Of a DNA stretch of 64,000 nucleotides, positions 9,816-21,401 are shown piece after piece. The stretch is from an uncultured delta proteobacterium (GTDB lineage: Bacteria > Desulfobacterota > Syntrophia > Syntrophales > UBA5619). The notes beneath the pieces are model-generated. The model did not search any database. It saw only the letters and a list, made by a program, of their open reading frames with translations, and was not told the DNA's origin. The position numbers were made by a program, and so were the translations under genes. Position 1 is the stretch's first letter. Each line of letters starts with the position of its first letter. The DNA lies in contig CAWFOM010000005.1 of NCBI GenBank assembly GCA_963817385.1, positions 384,001 through 448,000 on the forward strand. The letters run 5' to 3'.

Positions 9816-11198
9816 TTGAAGAGAGCATACTTCCAAATACTTGGACATAATCAAGTTTCCGAGGCGTCAAAAAAAAGCAACTTTCGAGATAGATTATATC
9901 TTATCCTCAGCGTTATACTATTCATTGGTCTTTTTAATTACGTCTACATTACGATTGTTTCAACAAAATGGGCATATGCTGGATTCATTTATACCCCCCC
10001 GCCGCTTCAATCCGTACAATTAGCATGCATGCTTGGGCTCCTACCAATTTTTTGGATGCCAATTCGTATTACTCGTCCCTCGCAGGTTCTTTACTGGCTG
10101 CTTTACGCAATTGTTTACGTACCTTCACTTTTTCTCCCGCATTATATACAGCGGCAGTCAACTCAAGATCTTTATTTACTGAATATTTCTTTTTTCATTA
10201 GCTTTTGCATTATAGGCTTGACCTACAAATTACTTCCTCGGGCAATAGCTCGCCCTAAATGGTCTAAGAAATTATGGTGGTTTTTCATTGTCGTTACTGT
10301 GACTTTTTTATATTCTGTTGTCTTAGCGGTGTATGGCGGACGGCTTCAATTTGCTGGTCTATACAACATCGAATTAAGGCTCGCATCAAGAGACCTTGAT
10401 ACTACCTTTTTGACTGGTTATGGGCAAATATGGCTAGTAAACGTAATTAATCCAATGTTGATGGCACTCGGGTTGTTTCGAAAAAAACCGCTTCTGTTTT
10501 TCATTGGAGCGGCTGGTCAAATATTGTTGTTCATGACTGTGGCAGCGAAGGGGTGGTTGCTATCGATCATTTTTTTGCCTTTTATGTTTCTCGTTTTAAA
10601 ATCAAAAAACAATATCTTCGGTTTGCGGTTTATCATTGGGATGTCGGGCCTGCTAATAATCACGATAATTCTTGAATTTTATGAATCACCTTTCTCTCGC
10701 ATCGTCCAAGACCTTATTGGCTTTAGATTGTTTAGCGACCCTGGATTCATGACTTCAGTCTATTCTGATTATTTTTCGCAAAATCCGTGGACTTATTGGT
10801 CACATTTAAAAGGCATAAGTGCACTTGTTGAATATCCGTACGATCTAACAATTAATTACTTGATAGGAGATTATTTGGGTAACGTCCAGAGTTCGGCTAA
10901 CGCCCATGCATGGGCAACGGACGGAATTGCAGCTATGGGTTTGACTGGTGTTCTTGTTATTGGCTTACTCATGGGTATTATTTTTTACATATTAGATTGC
11001 TCGGCAGCCGGTTTTGATCCCAAGTTCTCTGGATTATCGATTGCCATGCATGGTATCGCCCTCAGCAACCTATCACTTATGTCTTCTTTACTTGGAGGCG
11101 GGATTTTTTTTAATATGATTTTGTTCTGGCTGATGCCTCGAAATATTAGTACCTCCGAATTTATACAGAGCAGGAAGCTACCGCAGGTAAGGATATGA
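9816..11198 (+). CDS. wzy: Putative O-unit polymerase
   Basis: About 460 aa polytopic, AT-rich membrane protein directly after wzx, with a large late periplasmic loop. Called from position and topology only. Confidence 0.6.
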   Translation: MKRAYFQILGHNQVSEASKKSNFRDRLYLILSVILFIGLFNYVYITIVSTKWAYAGFIYTPPPLQSVQLACMLGLLPIFWMPIRITRPSQVLYWLLYAIVYVPSLFLPHYIQRQSTQDLYLLNISFFISFCIIGLTYKLLPRAIARPKWSKKLWWFFIVVTVTFLYSVVLAVYGGRLQFAGLYNIELRLASRDLDTTFLTGYGQIWLVNVINPMLMALGLFRKKPLLFFIGAAGQILLFMTVAAKGWLLSIIFLPFMFLVLKSKNNIFGLRFIIGMSGLLIITIILEFYESPFSRIVQDLIGFRLFSDPGFMTSVYSDYFSQNPWTYWSHLKGISALVEYPYDLTINYLIGDYLGNVQSSANAHAWATDGIAAMGLTGVLVIGLLMGIIFYILDCSAAGFDPKFSGLSIAMHGIALSNLSLMSSLLGGGIFFNMILFWLMPRNISTSEFIQSRKLPQVRI

Positions 11199-11269
11199 AT
11201 AAAAATAAGCTGCCGATTATTATTGAATGTTCCATGCAGCAGAGAAAATTTAGAAGACCAAGTTAGGTT

Positions 11270-12470
11270 ATGAAAATTTTACATATTGTTGATTATTTGA
11301 TGCCAAAAATGGGTTATCAGGAGCTTTTATTACCAAAGTGGAATGCCCGACACGGTCATGAAGTACACATTATTACAAGCGATCGATTTTCTCCTGTTCC
11401 TGATTATGATCAAACCTGGGGTAAACTTTTGGGTCCACGAATATGTGGGACAGATATAACAAAGATATATCAAACCACGCTACATCGTCTTCCATGTACT
11501 TGGGAATGGAAAGGGCGCACGTGGATTAGCGGGCTAACGAGTAAAATCGAGCAGCTTAACCCTGATGTGATTTTCTGTCATGGAAGCGGATCTCCAACAG
11601 CTATGCGCGTGGGTGTCTTCTGTAAGCGTTTTGGATTACCCCTACTTATGGATAACCATATGGTTGAGTCTGCCAAGAACAATAAACTAAGTGGCCGTGT
11701 GTACTATTCTGTTCTGAAATTGGCAACAAGATTGATCTTGTTACGGGCAGTTTATCTTTTTCTTGGTGTTGCTCAGGAATGTTGCGATTTCCTTGAGATC
11801 GAGCAGGGAATCCCAAAAAGCAAGATTGATACTTTACCATTAGGTGTAGATACAGACGTGTTACAGATCGAGGATGTTGCTGGTGCTGAATTACGTGCTA
11901 AACTCAATATCCCCTCATCCGCAAAAGTGGTATTGCAGACAGGCAAACTGTCACATGACAAAGGACCGCATATACTAAGCCAAGTAATGGGGCCAGTTAT
12001 GAAGCAAAACTCTGAAGTATGGCTGGTATTTTTAGGAGCAGGGGAAGACGATTACTTAAACACTGTCCTTAAACCACTCAAAGAACACGGAGGTGATGGA
12101 CCGGGTGAAAATTATGTCTTTTGTTCCCTTCTCCGATCTTGCTGGATATTACAACATGTCGGATCTTTGTGTCTATCCAGCTGCGGCATCAATGAGTTGC
12201 CTTGAAGCAGCAGCTTGTGGGAGGTGTGTGATTATGGCTGATTTACCCGTCGGCAAATGGCGCGCTGAAAAAGGTGTCGGCATATGTTATAGAGAGGGAG
12301 ATGTTGAAGAATTAAAACAAATCATTATCAGGATACTATGTGATCACAGTGGTCGTTTAACTATGGGCCAACGAGCGCAGAAGTCAGTATTGGCACATTT
12401 CTCATATGATAACATTGCAAAGCAGGCTGAAGAAATGATGTGTAGGGCCATTAAGTATTCGGAATCCTAA
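11270..12470 (+). CDS. Glycosyltransferase family 4 (+1 frameshift near 12090)
   Basis: MKILHIV..GHEVHIITS, PLGVDT, TGKLSHDKG, then DLCVYP..LEAAACG. Confidence 0.85.
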
Positions 12471-12542
12471 ACCGTACATAAGGTAGCGATTAACACTACA
12501 ACAATAAATAAGGTGACGTTATCTTGGTTGGAAAAGGAAGTA

Positions 12543-13262
12543 ATGAAGAATATCGCCAGAAAAGTCAAAAGAATCGTCAAGGCCATTCTCGGTAAGGACT
12601 ATTTTTTTAGAGTTGACCATCTTTGTCAAAAGGCGAGATTTGGTTCCCAATACGGTGGATGGGATGTTGCTGTTGATCTGATTGATAAGAATTCCATAAT
12701 CTATTCATTTGGAATTGGGGAGGATGCATCTTTCGATATAGCCTTGATTGAAAGATTTGGTGTTACTGTTCACGCATTTGATCCAACACCACAATCGATT
12801 GAATGGGTTAAAAGACAAAATTATCCGATCAATTTCTTACTGCATGAGTATGGTATTGCAAACTTTGATGGAAAATGCTCATTCAATCCACCAGAGAATC
12901 CTGATCATGTCTCTCATACAATTCTCAATAGACCGGAAACGGAAAAAAGGTCAATTAGAGTTCCAGTAAGAAAACTGTCTACTATAATGAAGGAGCTAGG
13001 ACATAGCAAAATTGACATTGTGAAGATGGATGTTGAAGGCGCCGAGTTCGGAGTAATTGAGGATATTGAAAATTCAGATATCCGACCAAAACAGATACTT
13101 GTCGAGTTTCATCATAGATTTCCAAACGTGGGGATAAAAAAGACTCAAGAGGCAATCGATAAACTTAGAAATATGGGATATGGTCTGTTTTCTACTTCAA
13201 CTACGGGTGAGGAGTTCAGCTTCATTCATAAATCCACGAATAGGGGAACATCGACAAAATGA
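12543..13262 (+). CDS. FkbM-family methyltransferase
   Basis: YGGW, YSFGIGEDASFD, AFDPTP, IDIVKMDVEGAE, QILVEFHH. Confidence 0.85.
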   Translation: MKNIARKVKRIVKAILGKDYFFRVDHLCQKARFGSQYGGWDVAVDLIDKNSIIYSFGIGEDASFDIALIERFGVTVHAFDPTPQSIEWVKRQNYPINFLLHEYGIANFDGKCSFNPPENPDHVSHTILNRPETEKRSIRVPVRKLSTIMKELGHSKIDIVKMDVEGAEFGVIEDIENSDIRPKQILVEFHHRFPNVGIKKTQEAIDKLRNMGYGLFSTSTTGEEFSFIHKSTNRGTSTK

Positions 13263-14479
13263 ACATTCTCCATCTAATACCTTCCGTTGGTCCTGAGTCT
13301 TTTGGTCCTGGGTACGTAGCTCGAAACCTAGTAAAAGAGCAGCTATCTCTTGGAGTTTGTTCTCAGGTTTGGTGTATGGATGTTCATGAGGATATTCGAT
13401 GGGCGCTTGAAACGAGTGGCCTGCCCAAGGAAAGCATCCGATCGTTTACATGTGCAGGTCCAGACTTTCTCTGCTATTCTCCAGCAATGGAACGATTTGC
13501 TGCGGGTTCAGGCGGTCATAAGTTTAACATTGTTCACCTACACGGGATTTGGGCAGGTATCTCCCGTGTTGCAAATATATTGCGTAAGAAACATGGAATA
13601 TCCTCTGTAATTGCTCCGCACGGGTCACTTGAATCGTGGGCATTAAAACGATCACGATGGAAAAAGAGAATTGCAGAGGCGATTTATGAGTCAAAAAATC
13701 TTAGAGATGCATCGTGCCTTCACGCTACAGCTGAACCTGAAGTGACTGATTTTCGGAATTTTAACCTTTCGAACCCCATTGCATTAATTGAAAATGGCAT
13801 TTCTAACGAATGGATCAGTAGTAAAGGTAATGCTAAGCGATTCCGTGATTTGTTTTATATATCGGACAACAAGCGAATGCTACTCTTCATGTCCAGGATA
13901 ACTCCTAAAAAAGGCCTTTTGATGCTTCTTGACGCAATAAATATGTTAGGCAAAGATTTTGATGATTGGATACTGATTATTGTTGGGCCTGATGAATTTG
14001 GACATAAATCAGTAGTTGAGGCTTTTGTAAACAAGCTGAATATGCAAAATAAAGTTAGATTTATAAAACCACTTTTTAACCAGATAAAACGTGATGCATT
14101 CTCAGCAGCTGAGCTGTTTGTACTTCCGTCTTATAGCGAAGGTGCCCCTATGGTCATTCTTGATTCGCTTGCTGCGGGGATTCCCGTGATAGCAACTAAA
14201 GCCTCACCATGGAGCGAACTATTAACCCATGAGTGTGGTTGGTGGGTTGATATTAGCGTAAATGGAATTTATGCGGCGCTCGGCCAAGCGCTGAGACTGC
14301 ATAGAGAACAGCTAAGAGAAATGGGTCAACGGGGGAAAAAATTGATAGATTCCAAATACACATGGCCTAAATTAACATTGAAGACGATGGACCTTTACTC
14401 ATGGCTTTTAGGACACGGAAAAGCACCAGATTTTGTTTTTTTTAATAATCTTGCTAACAATCCGATAGAAAGATCTTGA
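13259..14479 (+). CDS. Glycosyltransferase family 4
   Basis: VHLHGIW, APHGSL, FMSRITPKKG, FVLPSYSEG. Confidence 0.9.
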   Translation: MNILHLIPSVGPESFGPGYVARNLVKEQLSLGVCSQVWCMDVHEDIRWALETSGLPKESIRSFTCAGPDFLCYSPAMERFAAGSGGHKFNIVHLHGIWAGISRVANILRKKHGISSVIAPHGSLESWALKRSRWKKRIAEAIYESKNLRDASCLHATAEPEVTDFRNFNLSNPIALIENGISNEWISSKGNAKRFRDLFYISDNKRMLLFMSRITPKKGLLMLLDAINMLGKDFDDWILIIVGPDEFGHKSVVEAFVNKLNMQNKVRFIKPLFNQIKRDAFSAAELFVLPSYSEGAPMVILDSLAAGIPVIATKASPWSELLTHECGWWVDISVNGIYAALGQALRLHREQLREMGQRGKKLIDSKYTWPKLTLKTMDLYSWLLGHGKAPDFVFFNNLANNPIERS

Positions 14480-14485
14480 AAAACG

Positions 14486-15406
14486 ATGAATATTTTAATA
14501 CTTGGCGGAAATGGTTTTATTGGGTCACATCTGGTCGATAAACTTCTTGCAAATGGACATACGGTACGGGTTTTTGATAAATATAATGAATATTATCGAA
14601 AGCCTATCCCGAACGTAGAGTATTGTTTTGGAGATTTTGGAAATCGTAGCCTTGTTTCCGATGCTCTTACTAATATAGATTTGGCTTTTCATCTTATTTA
14701 CACCACTCGTCCTAAGACCTCTAATGATGACCCTGCCTTTGATGTACAGTCAAATGTGATTGAATCACTATTTTTTCTGGAAAAATGTGTTACGTATGGA
14801 GTTAAAAAAATTGTTTTTATCTCAAGTGGTGGAACTATTTACGGGAATCCCAAAACATTGCCAGTAACAGAGGATAGCCCCAAAAATCCTATTTGTTCTT
14901 ACGGGATTACAAAATTAATGATTGAAAAGTACTTGTTTCTTTTTAACCAGCTATATGGCCTAAAGAGTGCGATTATTCGTCCTTCAAATCCTTATGGTCC
15001 AAGACAAAACCATAAAGATATTCAAGGAATCATCCCTATTTTCCTGGGCAAGATTAAAGATGGCCACCCAATCGAAATATGGGGTGATGGTGAAATCGTC
15101 AGGGATTATATTTATATTGAGGATTTAGTTGAAGGCCTTTACAGGGCAGCTTTACTTGACACATCATACACTATATTAAACTTAGGCAGTGGCACAGGTC
15201 ATTCGATTAATGAAATTTTAAGAATTATTCGCAGGGTTGTTGGCTACGAAATAGAAGTTACTTATGCAAAAAAAAGATTATTTGATGTGCAGGATATTTA
15301 TCTTGATATAGGCAGAGCAAAAAAGGAACTTTCCTGGAAACCCATTACGTCGCTGGATGATGGGATAAAGAAAACTTGGGATTTTATCGAAGCTTTGCCT
15401 AAATGA
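14486..15406 (+). CDS. NAD-dependent nucleotide-sugar epimerase/dehydratase
   Basis: GGNGFIG, SSGGTIYG, SYGITK, NPYGPRQ, WGDGEIVRDYIY. Confidence 0.9.
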   Translation: MNILILGGNGFIGSHLVDKLLANGHTVRVFDKYNEYYRKPIPNVEYCFGDFGNRSLVSDALTNIDLAFHLIYTTRPKTSNDDPAFDVQSNVIESLFFLEKCVTYGVKKIVFISSGGTIYGNPKTLPVTEDSPKNPICSYGITKLMIEKYLFLFNQLYGLKSAIIRPSNPYGPRQNHKDIQGIIPIFLGKIKDGHPIEIWGDGEIVRDYIYIEDLVEGLYRAALLDTSYTILNLGSGTGHSINEILRIIRRVVGYEIEVTYAKKRLFDVQDIYLDIGRAKKELSWKPITSLDDGIKKTWDFIEALPK

Positions 15407-15524
15407 ATATGAATCCCATGGAAGTAAGCTGGGGTTTACGCAAATTATTATTTTACGCTACCCGATAGGATACTATACTTCTTCCCAGAGGTAATGTAGC
15501 AGGATTTATACCCAACAATAAAGC

Positions 15525-16781
15525 ATGCGAATCTTAATTCTTACCCAGTATTTCTATCCGGAACCAGAAGCGATTCCATACGAATTGGCAACGGGTTTGG
15601 TGGAGCGGGGTCACGAGGTGATAGTAGCAACTGGCTTCCCGAACTATCCTTACGGGCGAATATTCCCTGGTTATAAACAGCAGCTTTGGAAGACAGAAGT
15701 GATACAAGAAGTTAAGGTGTGCCGATTCCCGCTCTATCCTGATCGGAGCAAGTCCATTCTTGGACGATGCTTGTACTATCTTAGCCTTTCCTCGTCAATA
15801 ATTCTATTAGGGAACATATTTTGTAGAAACATTGACATAATATTTGTGTATCACCCGATCACATTAGGGCTGCCGGCGTTTTGGATCGGTCTATTGCGTC
15901 GAGCGCCTTTTGTTATAAACATTCAGGACATGTATCCCGAATCCTTATCCGCAACTAATATTGCGGATAAGGATTTTGCCATTAAAATTGTTGGTAGATT
16001 TGCCAAGTTTATATATAAAAGAGCTGCTGCATTAGCGGTCATCTCCAATGGATTCAGGCAAAATCTTTTAGAAAAAGGTGTTGCTCCGAAAAAAATACAT
16101 GTGATTCTGAATTGGGCTAATGAGAATCTTTACCTCCCTATGGCAAGAGATGAAAGCTTAGCTGAACACTGCGGAATGCGAGGTCGATTCAACGTGGTGT
16201 ATGCAGGGAGTATGGGACCACCTCAGGGGCTGTATTCCGTCATCGAAGCTGCATTATTGCTCAGCGGTATTGGGGATATACAGTTTGTTTTCATTGGTGA
16301 TGGTATTGATAAATCCGAGTTGGAGGCTCTTGTTAAAGATAAAAAGATAGGTAATGTAATTTTTCTGCCACGACAGGCAGCGTCGCGCATATCCTCATTC
16401 TATGCTCTCGCAGATATTCTTATTGTTCATCTGATAAATAATCCTCTATTCGAAATAACCATACCAAGCAAGGTTCAGAGTTATCTGGCCTTTGGCCGTC
16501 CGATACTTGTAGGTATTAAGGGGGAAGCGGCCGACCTCGTTATTAAAGCCGGGGCAGGAGTAAAGGCGGCACCGTCAAATCCCGAGGACATAGCCAAGGG
16601 CGTTATGCAAATCTATAACATGTCTAAAAAGGATAGGGAAAGAATGGGGGATGCTGGCAGACAGTTTTTTCTTCAGAATCTGACAATGAAGCAAGGAGTA
16701 GACAGTTACGAAAACTTGTTTAAAGAAGTCATTCTGCAGAGACGGGGAAAATCAATCAGGTTAACCGAAAAGGAGTGTTGA
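15525..16781 (+). CDS. GT4, WbuB-like (candidate L-FucNAc transferase)
   Basis: ILTQYFYPE, TGFPNYPYG, IQDMYPES, YAGSMGPPQGL, IPSKVQSYLAFGRPI. Near fnlABC. Confidence 0.85.
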   Translation: MRILILTQYFYPEPEAIPYELATGLVERGHEVIVATGFPNYPYGRIFPGYKQQLWKTEVIQEVKVCRFPLYPDRSKSILGRCLYYLSLSSSIILLGNIFCRNIDIIFVYHPITLGLPAFWIGLLRRAPFVINIQDMYPESLSATNIADKDFAIKIVGRFAKFIYKRAAALAVISNGFRQNLLEKGVAPKKIHVILNWANENLYLPMARDESLAEHCGMRGRFNVVYAGSMGPPQGLYSVIEAALLLSGIGDIQFVFIGDGIDKSELEALVKDKKIGNVIFLPRQAASRISSFYALADILIVHLINNPLFEITIPSKVQSYLAFGRPILVGIKGEAADLVIKAGAGVKAAPSNPEDIAKGVMQIYNMSKKDRERMGDAGRQFFLQNLTMKQGVDSYENLFKEVILQRRGKSIRLTEKEC

Positions 16782-17597
16782 ATGGATTTTCGTAAGGAAC
16801 AAGAAAAAAAATTTCATAACACTTTGAGACATGAGTCGTTTGGGCAAAGATGGACGCCGGAACTGGAAAAAACAATCGAGGCGAACCCCTTATGGGTAAA
16901 CATGAAATATTATTCAGTCGAGCGAAAAAGTCGAGATATGGTATTAAAATGGTTTTCCCGAAATTGCCAAAACAAAAAGGTGCTTGATTATTGCTGCGGT
17001 AATGGCGAAGATGCTTTTTACATTGCCCGGAATGGGGCCAAGCAGGTATCCGGTATTGATATTTCGGAGGTCTCCATTGAGAATTGCAGAAAACGGGCTT
17101 CAGAAGAAAATCTAACGGCTAGTACGAAATTCTTGGTTATGGACGCGGAAGCTCTGGATTTTGCCGACGACACTTTCGATGTTATAACTGAATATGGATC
17201 TCTCCATCACCTAAGGCTTGAAAAGGCCTACTCGGAACTTGCTAGGGTTGTTACGCATAACGGAAGCGTAATATGCAATGAGGCACTAGGGCATAATCCG
17301 TTAATAAACCTATATAGAAGAGTAACACCTCATTTGAGGACTGAATGGGAAGCAAGGCATATAATTCGCAAAAAAGACTTAAAACTTGCCCGAAAGTACT
17401 TCAAGACCGTCGAAATGAATTTTTTCCATCTCGCAACTCTGACAGCCGTTCCATTTCGGAAACTACGAAATCTTGATATGTTCTTAACGGTAATGGAAAG
17501 AATTGACCAAGTTTTGCTCAGTTTGCCAATTCTTAAGTGGCAGGCGTGGCAGATTGTGTTCATCCTATCTGAACCGATAAAACCAAGTACAAGATAG
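16782..17597 (+). CDS. Class I SAM-dependent methyltransferase
   Basis: VLDYCCGNG, GIDIS, MDAEALDFADDTFD, LHHL. Confidence 0.9.
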   Translation: MDFRKEQEKKFHNTLRHESFGQRWTPELEKTIEANPLWVNMKYYSVERKSRDMVLKWFSRNCQNKKVLDYCCGNGEDAFYIARNGAKQVSGIDISEVSIENCRKRASEENLTASTKFLVMDAEALDFADDTFDVITEYGSLHHLRLEKAYSELARVVTHNGSVICNEALGHNPLINLYRRVTPHLRTEWEARHIIRKKDLKLARKYFKTVEMNFFHLATLTAVPFRKLRNLDMFLTVMERIDQVLLSLPILKWQAWQIVFILSEPIKPSTR

Positions 17598-17718
17598 CCT
17601 CATACACATTATCGGCAGAAACCGAGATAAAGGGATCAGAGAAGAAGATGTTCACTGTTGGCCTGGTGTTACAACATGTTGGATTCTCCTGTGAATAATT
17701 GCTGAATTGGGAGCAGAT

Positions 17719-18747
17719 ATGTTTAAAGACAGGATTTTGCTTATCACCGGTGGTACAGGATCATTTGGAAATGCTGTACTGAGGTGGTTTCTTTATACAG
17801 ATATAAAAGAGATACGGATATTTAGCCGTGATGAAAAGAAACAGGATGAGATGCGCAATGCCCTGCGGAATCCAAAGGTGAAGTTCTACTTGGGGAATGT
17901 CCGGGATTATGACAGCCTCCTGCCTGCCATGCGGGGTGTGGATATGGTTTTCCATGCCGCGGCCCTCAAGCAGGTGCCGTCCTGTGAATTTTTCCCCCTG
18001 GAGGCGATCCGGACGAACGCCATTGGTGCGGAAAATGTCATGAAGGCGGCCTTGGCCTGCAATGTAAAAAACATGATCGTGCTCAGCACCGATAAGGCCG
18101 TTTATCCCATCAATGCGATGGGGATGTCCAAGGCGCTGATGGAAAAGCTCATGATCGCCAAGGCGCGTGCCCACGGCGATACGGGAACGATCTTTTGCGG
18201 CACCCGCTACGGCAATGTCATGGGATCCCGGGGTTCCGTCATTCCCCTTTTTATCAGCCAGATCCTGACGGGCGAGCCCTTGACGATCACCGATCCGAAC
18301 ATGACCCGCTTCATGATGTCCATCGATGATGCGGTGGACCTCGTCGTATATGCTTTTGAAGCATGGAAATCCAGGTGATGTCTTTGTCCAGAAGGCCCCG
18401 GCGGCGACCATTGAAACACTGGCCAGGTGCGTTGAAGAAGCTGTTCAATGCCGACAACGAAATCCGTATCATCGGCACCCGGCATGGTGAAAAACTTTAT
18501 GAAACGCTGCTGACACGGGAGGAGATGGCCCGTGCGGAAGATATGGGAGATTATTACCGGATTCCTGCGGATATCCGCGACCTGAACTATGCCTGCTATT
18601 TCACCGAGGGCGAGATGAAGGTTGCCGGCCATGAGGATTACCATTCCCACAATACGCGGCGACTTGGATGAGGACGGGCTGATTGAATTATTGCTCAAGC
18701 TGGATTTTGTGAGGTCGTCCTTGGAGACGGGGAAGATTGCATTGTAG
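17719..18747 (+). CDS. fnlA: UDP-GlcNAc 4,6-dehydratase FnlA/WbjB/CapE (three +1 frameshifts near 18360, 18427, 18667)
   Basis: TGGTGSFG, FSRDEKKQ, AALKQVPSCEFFP, STDKAVYPINAMG, IGTRHGEKLYE, DYHSHNT. Confidence 0.92.
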
Positions 18748-18769
18748 GGGATGCGATAGAGGAAGTGCA

Positions 18770-19888
18770 ATGAAGTCTGTTTTAGTAACCGGCGCGAAGG
18801 GTTTCATTGGGAAGAACCTGATTGTCGCCCTCAAGCGCAGGGCCGACGTTGACGTCATCGAATACGATCTGGACTCCCCGGCAGGGTCTCTTGGAGGAAG
18901 GGCTGGCCAAGGCGGATGTGATCTATCACCTGGCCGGGGTGAATCGGCCGGAGCGGGTTGAGGAGTTCACGGAAGGCAATTTCGATTTGACGCGGCAGGT
19001 CTGCGATGCCTTGCGGAGATTGGGTCGTACGCCCCTGCTTGTGCTGTCCTCATCCACCCAGGCCGCCTTGGACAATCCCTACGGGCTTTCCAAGCGCCAG
19101 GCGGAAGAGGCCGTGTTCGACTTTGGCAGGGAAACAGGGGCGTCGGTCTTTGTCTTTCGCCTGTCACGGCGTCTTCGGCAAATGGTGCCGGCCCAACTAC
19201 AATTCCGTGGTGGCCACCTTCTGTCACAACATCGCCCGCGATCTGCCCATCGCCATCTCCGATCCGGCAAGAGAAATCGAACTGGTTTATATTGATGATG
19301 TGGTCCGTGCCTTCATCGGCGTCATGGATGGCCGCCTGCCTGTTTCAGATGGTAAGTATTGCCTGGTGAAACCGACGTATCGAATATCCCTGGGCGCATT
19401 GGCGGAAACGATCCAGGGCTTTCGGGACAGCCGGGTCAGCCTTGCCCTGCCGGACATGAGCGACCCTTTTATCCGCGCCCTCTATGCGACCTATGTTTCG
19501 TATCTTCCCGCGGATTCCTTCGCCTATGCATTGACCCAGAGGACCGATCCCCGGGGGGAACTGGCCGAGCTGCTGAAATCGCCTCACATCGGCCAGATTT
19601 TCGTATCGCGCACCCGGCCGGGAATCACGCAGGGGCCACCATTATCATGATACCAAGGTGGAGAAGTTTGTCGTCCTGGAAGGGGATGCGGTGATCCGGT
19701 TTCGCCATATCTTGGGCGGGGATGTCATCGAATACCCCGTTTCCGGCCGTGAGTTCCGCGTGGTCGATATCCCGCCAGGATACACCCATTCCATCGAGAA
19801 CATCGGTCAAAACGATCTGATCGTGCTCTTCTGGGCGGATGAAATTTTTGATCCGGATATTCCGGATACCTTTGGAATGACGGTGTGA
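18770..19888 (+). CDS. fnlB: Reductase/cupin epimerase FnlB/WbjC/CapF (three +1 frameshifts)
   Basis: [47 protein letters not shown], cupin [24 protein letters not shown]. Confidence 0.92.
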
Positions 19889-19908
19889 AAGATTCGGAAG
19901 GAGCCTCT

Positions 19909-21030
19909 ATGAAAGTCATGACCGTTGTCGGCACCCGGCCGGAAATCATCCGCCTGAGCCGGGTGATCGCCGCGCTGGAACGTTATACCCGGCATATCCT
20001 CGTCCATACGGGCCAGAATTACGATTATGAGTTGAACCAGGTCTTTTTCGATGACTTGGAGTTGCGGGCGCCCGATCACTTTCTGGAGGCGGCGGGGAAG
20101 ACCCCGGCGGAGACCGTCGGCCTCGTCATCGCGAAGGTGGACGAGGTTCTGGCTGCTGAAAAGCCCGATGCGGTCCTGATTCTCGGGGATACAAACAGTT
20201 GCCTGGCGGCCTACCCGGCGAAACGGCGCAAGATTCCCGTATTTCACATGGAGGCGGGAAATCGCTGCTTCGATCAGCGTGTGCCGGAAGAGATCAACCG
20301 CAAGATCGTGGATCACATCAGCGACATCAACATGCCCTACAGTGCCATCGGCCGCGAGTATCTCCTGCGCGAGGGGTTGCCGCCGGATCGTGTGATCAAG
20401 ACGGGCAGCCCCATGTTCGAGGTGCTGCATTACTACATGCCGAAGATCGAACGATCCGCCGTGCTGGAAACATTGCGCTTGAATCCTCTGGATTATTTCG
20501 TCCTGAGCTGCCATCGGGAAGAAAATGTCGATGATGAAAGCAATTTCCGGGGGCTGATAGAGGTATTGCAGGGATTGGTTGCCTCTTACGGCAAGCGCAT
20601 CATCATGACCACCCATCCCCGCACGAGAAAACGTATCGAACAGGAAGGGATCGAACTGCCGCTATTAGTGGAATTGCACAAGCCTTTCGGGCTGATCGAT
20701 TATGTGAAGCTCCAGATGAATGCCCACGCCGTCCTCTCGGACAGCGGCACGATCACGGAAGAATCGTCGATTCTGAATTTTCCCGCCCTCAATATCCGCC
20801 AGGCCCATGAGCGCCCGGAGGGAATGGAGGAAGGGGCCGTGATGATGGTGGGAATGGACTGGCAGTTGGTTTGGGAGGGACTTACTGTCTTGGAGACCCA
20901 GCATCGTGGTAATGATCGTACGTTGCGAATAGTAGGCGACTACGATGTACCCAACGTGTCAGAAAAAGTTTTGCGCATCATTTTGAGCTACACCGATTAT
21001 GTCAAGAGAACGGTCTGGCGTAAACCATAA
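19909..21030 (+). CDS. fnlC: UDP-L-FucNAc pathway 2-epimerase FnlC/WbjD/CapG
   Basis: [65 protein letters not shown]. Confidence 0.95.
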   Translation: MKVMTVVGTRPEIIRLSRVIAALERYTRHILVHTGQNYDYELNQVFFDDLELRAPDHFLEAAGKTPAETVGLVIAKVDEVLAAEKPDAVLILGDTNSCLAAYPAKRRKIPVFHMEAGNRCFDQRVPEEINRKIVDHISDINMPYSAIGREYLLREGLPPDRVIKTGSPMFEVLHYYMPKIERSAVLETLRLNPLDYFVLSCHREENVDDESNFRGLIEVLQGLVASYGKRIIMTTHPRTRKRIEQEGIELPLLVELHKPFGLIDYVKLQMNAHAVLSDSGTITEESSILNFPALNIRQAHERPEGMEEGAVMMVGMDWQLVWEGLTVLETQHRGNDRTLRIVGDYDVPNVSEKVLRIILSYTDYVKRTVWRKP

Positions 21031-21056
21031 CTTTAAACAGGTTGTATGACAGAAAC

Positions 21057-21353
21057 ATGAATACGGCCTCTGATGCCGAAATCAACATCCTCATGACGGC
21101 GGAAAGAATTAACGCACTGGCGTGGAATAAAACAGGTATCAAGAGAGGTGAGTGAAGACTCTGGGATACAGAAAAGACTTCTTGCATCTATCTCCAGGGG
21201 AAAAACTTATAAGATATGAACCAAACGATCGAATTTGAAAAGGATTTAAGAGAAACAATTCAGTGGTTCCAAAATCATTGGTGAGAGCATAATGGGACGG
21301 AATTTCCTCCGGGTATGCCTCCCGATACAAAGGGAATCGTGGTAAGGAAGTAA
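21057..21353 (+). pseudogene. Decayed 3' remnant of an NAD-dependent sugar epimerase
   Basis: Pieced across frames: NTASDAEINILMTAERINALAWNKTGIK / WDT / KRLLASISRG / LIRYEP / EFEKDLRETIQWFQNHW* / EFPPGMPPDTKGIVVRK*. This is the typical extended-SDR tail. Confidence 0.65.
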
Positions 21354-21401
21354 GTTTCCGATATTGCACAAGTAATAAAACATAATGAGGTGAAATTCTA
21401 A

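Noticed and set aside
17719..19888. Programmed frameshifting or phase variation in fnlA/fnlB
   Set aside because: The breaks are not at long homopolymers or slippery heptamers and match the window-wide insertion error pattern.
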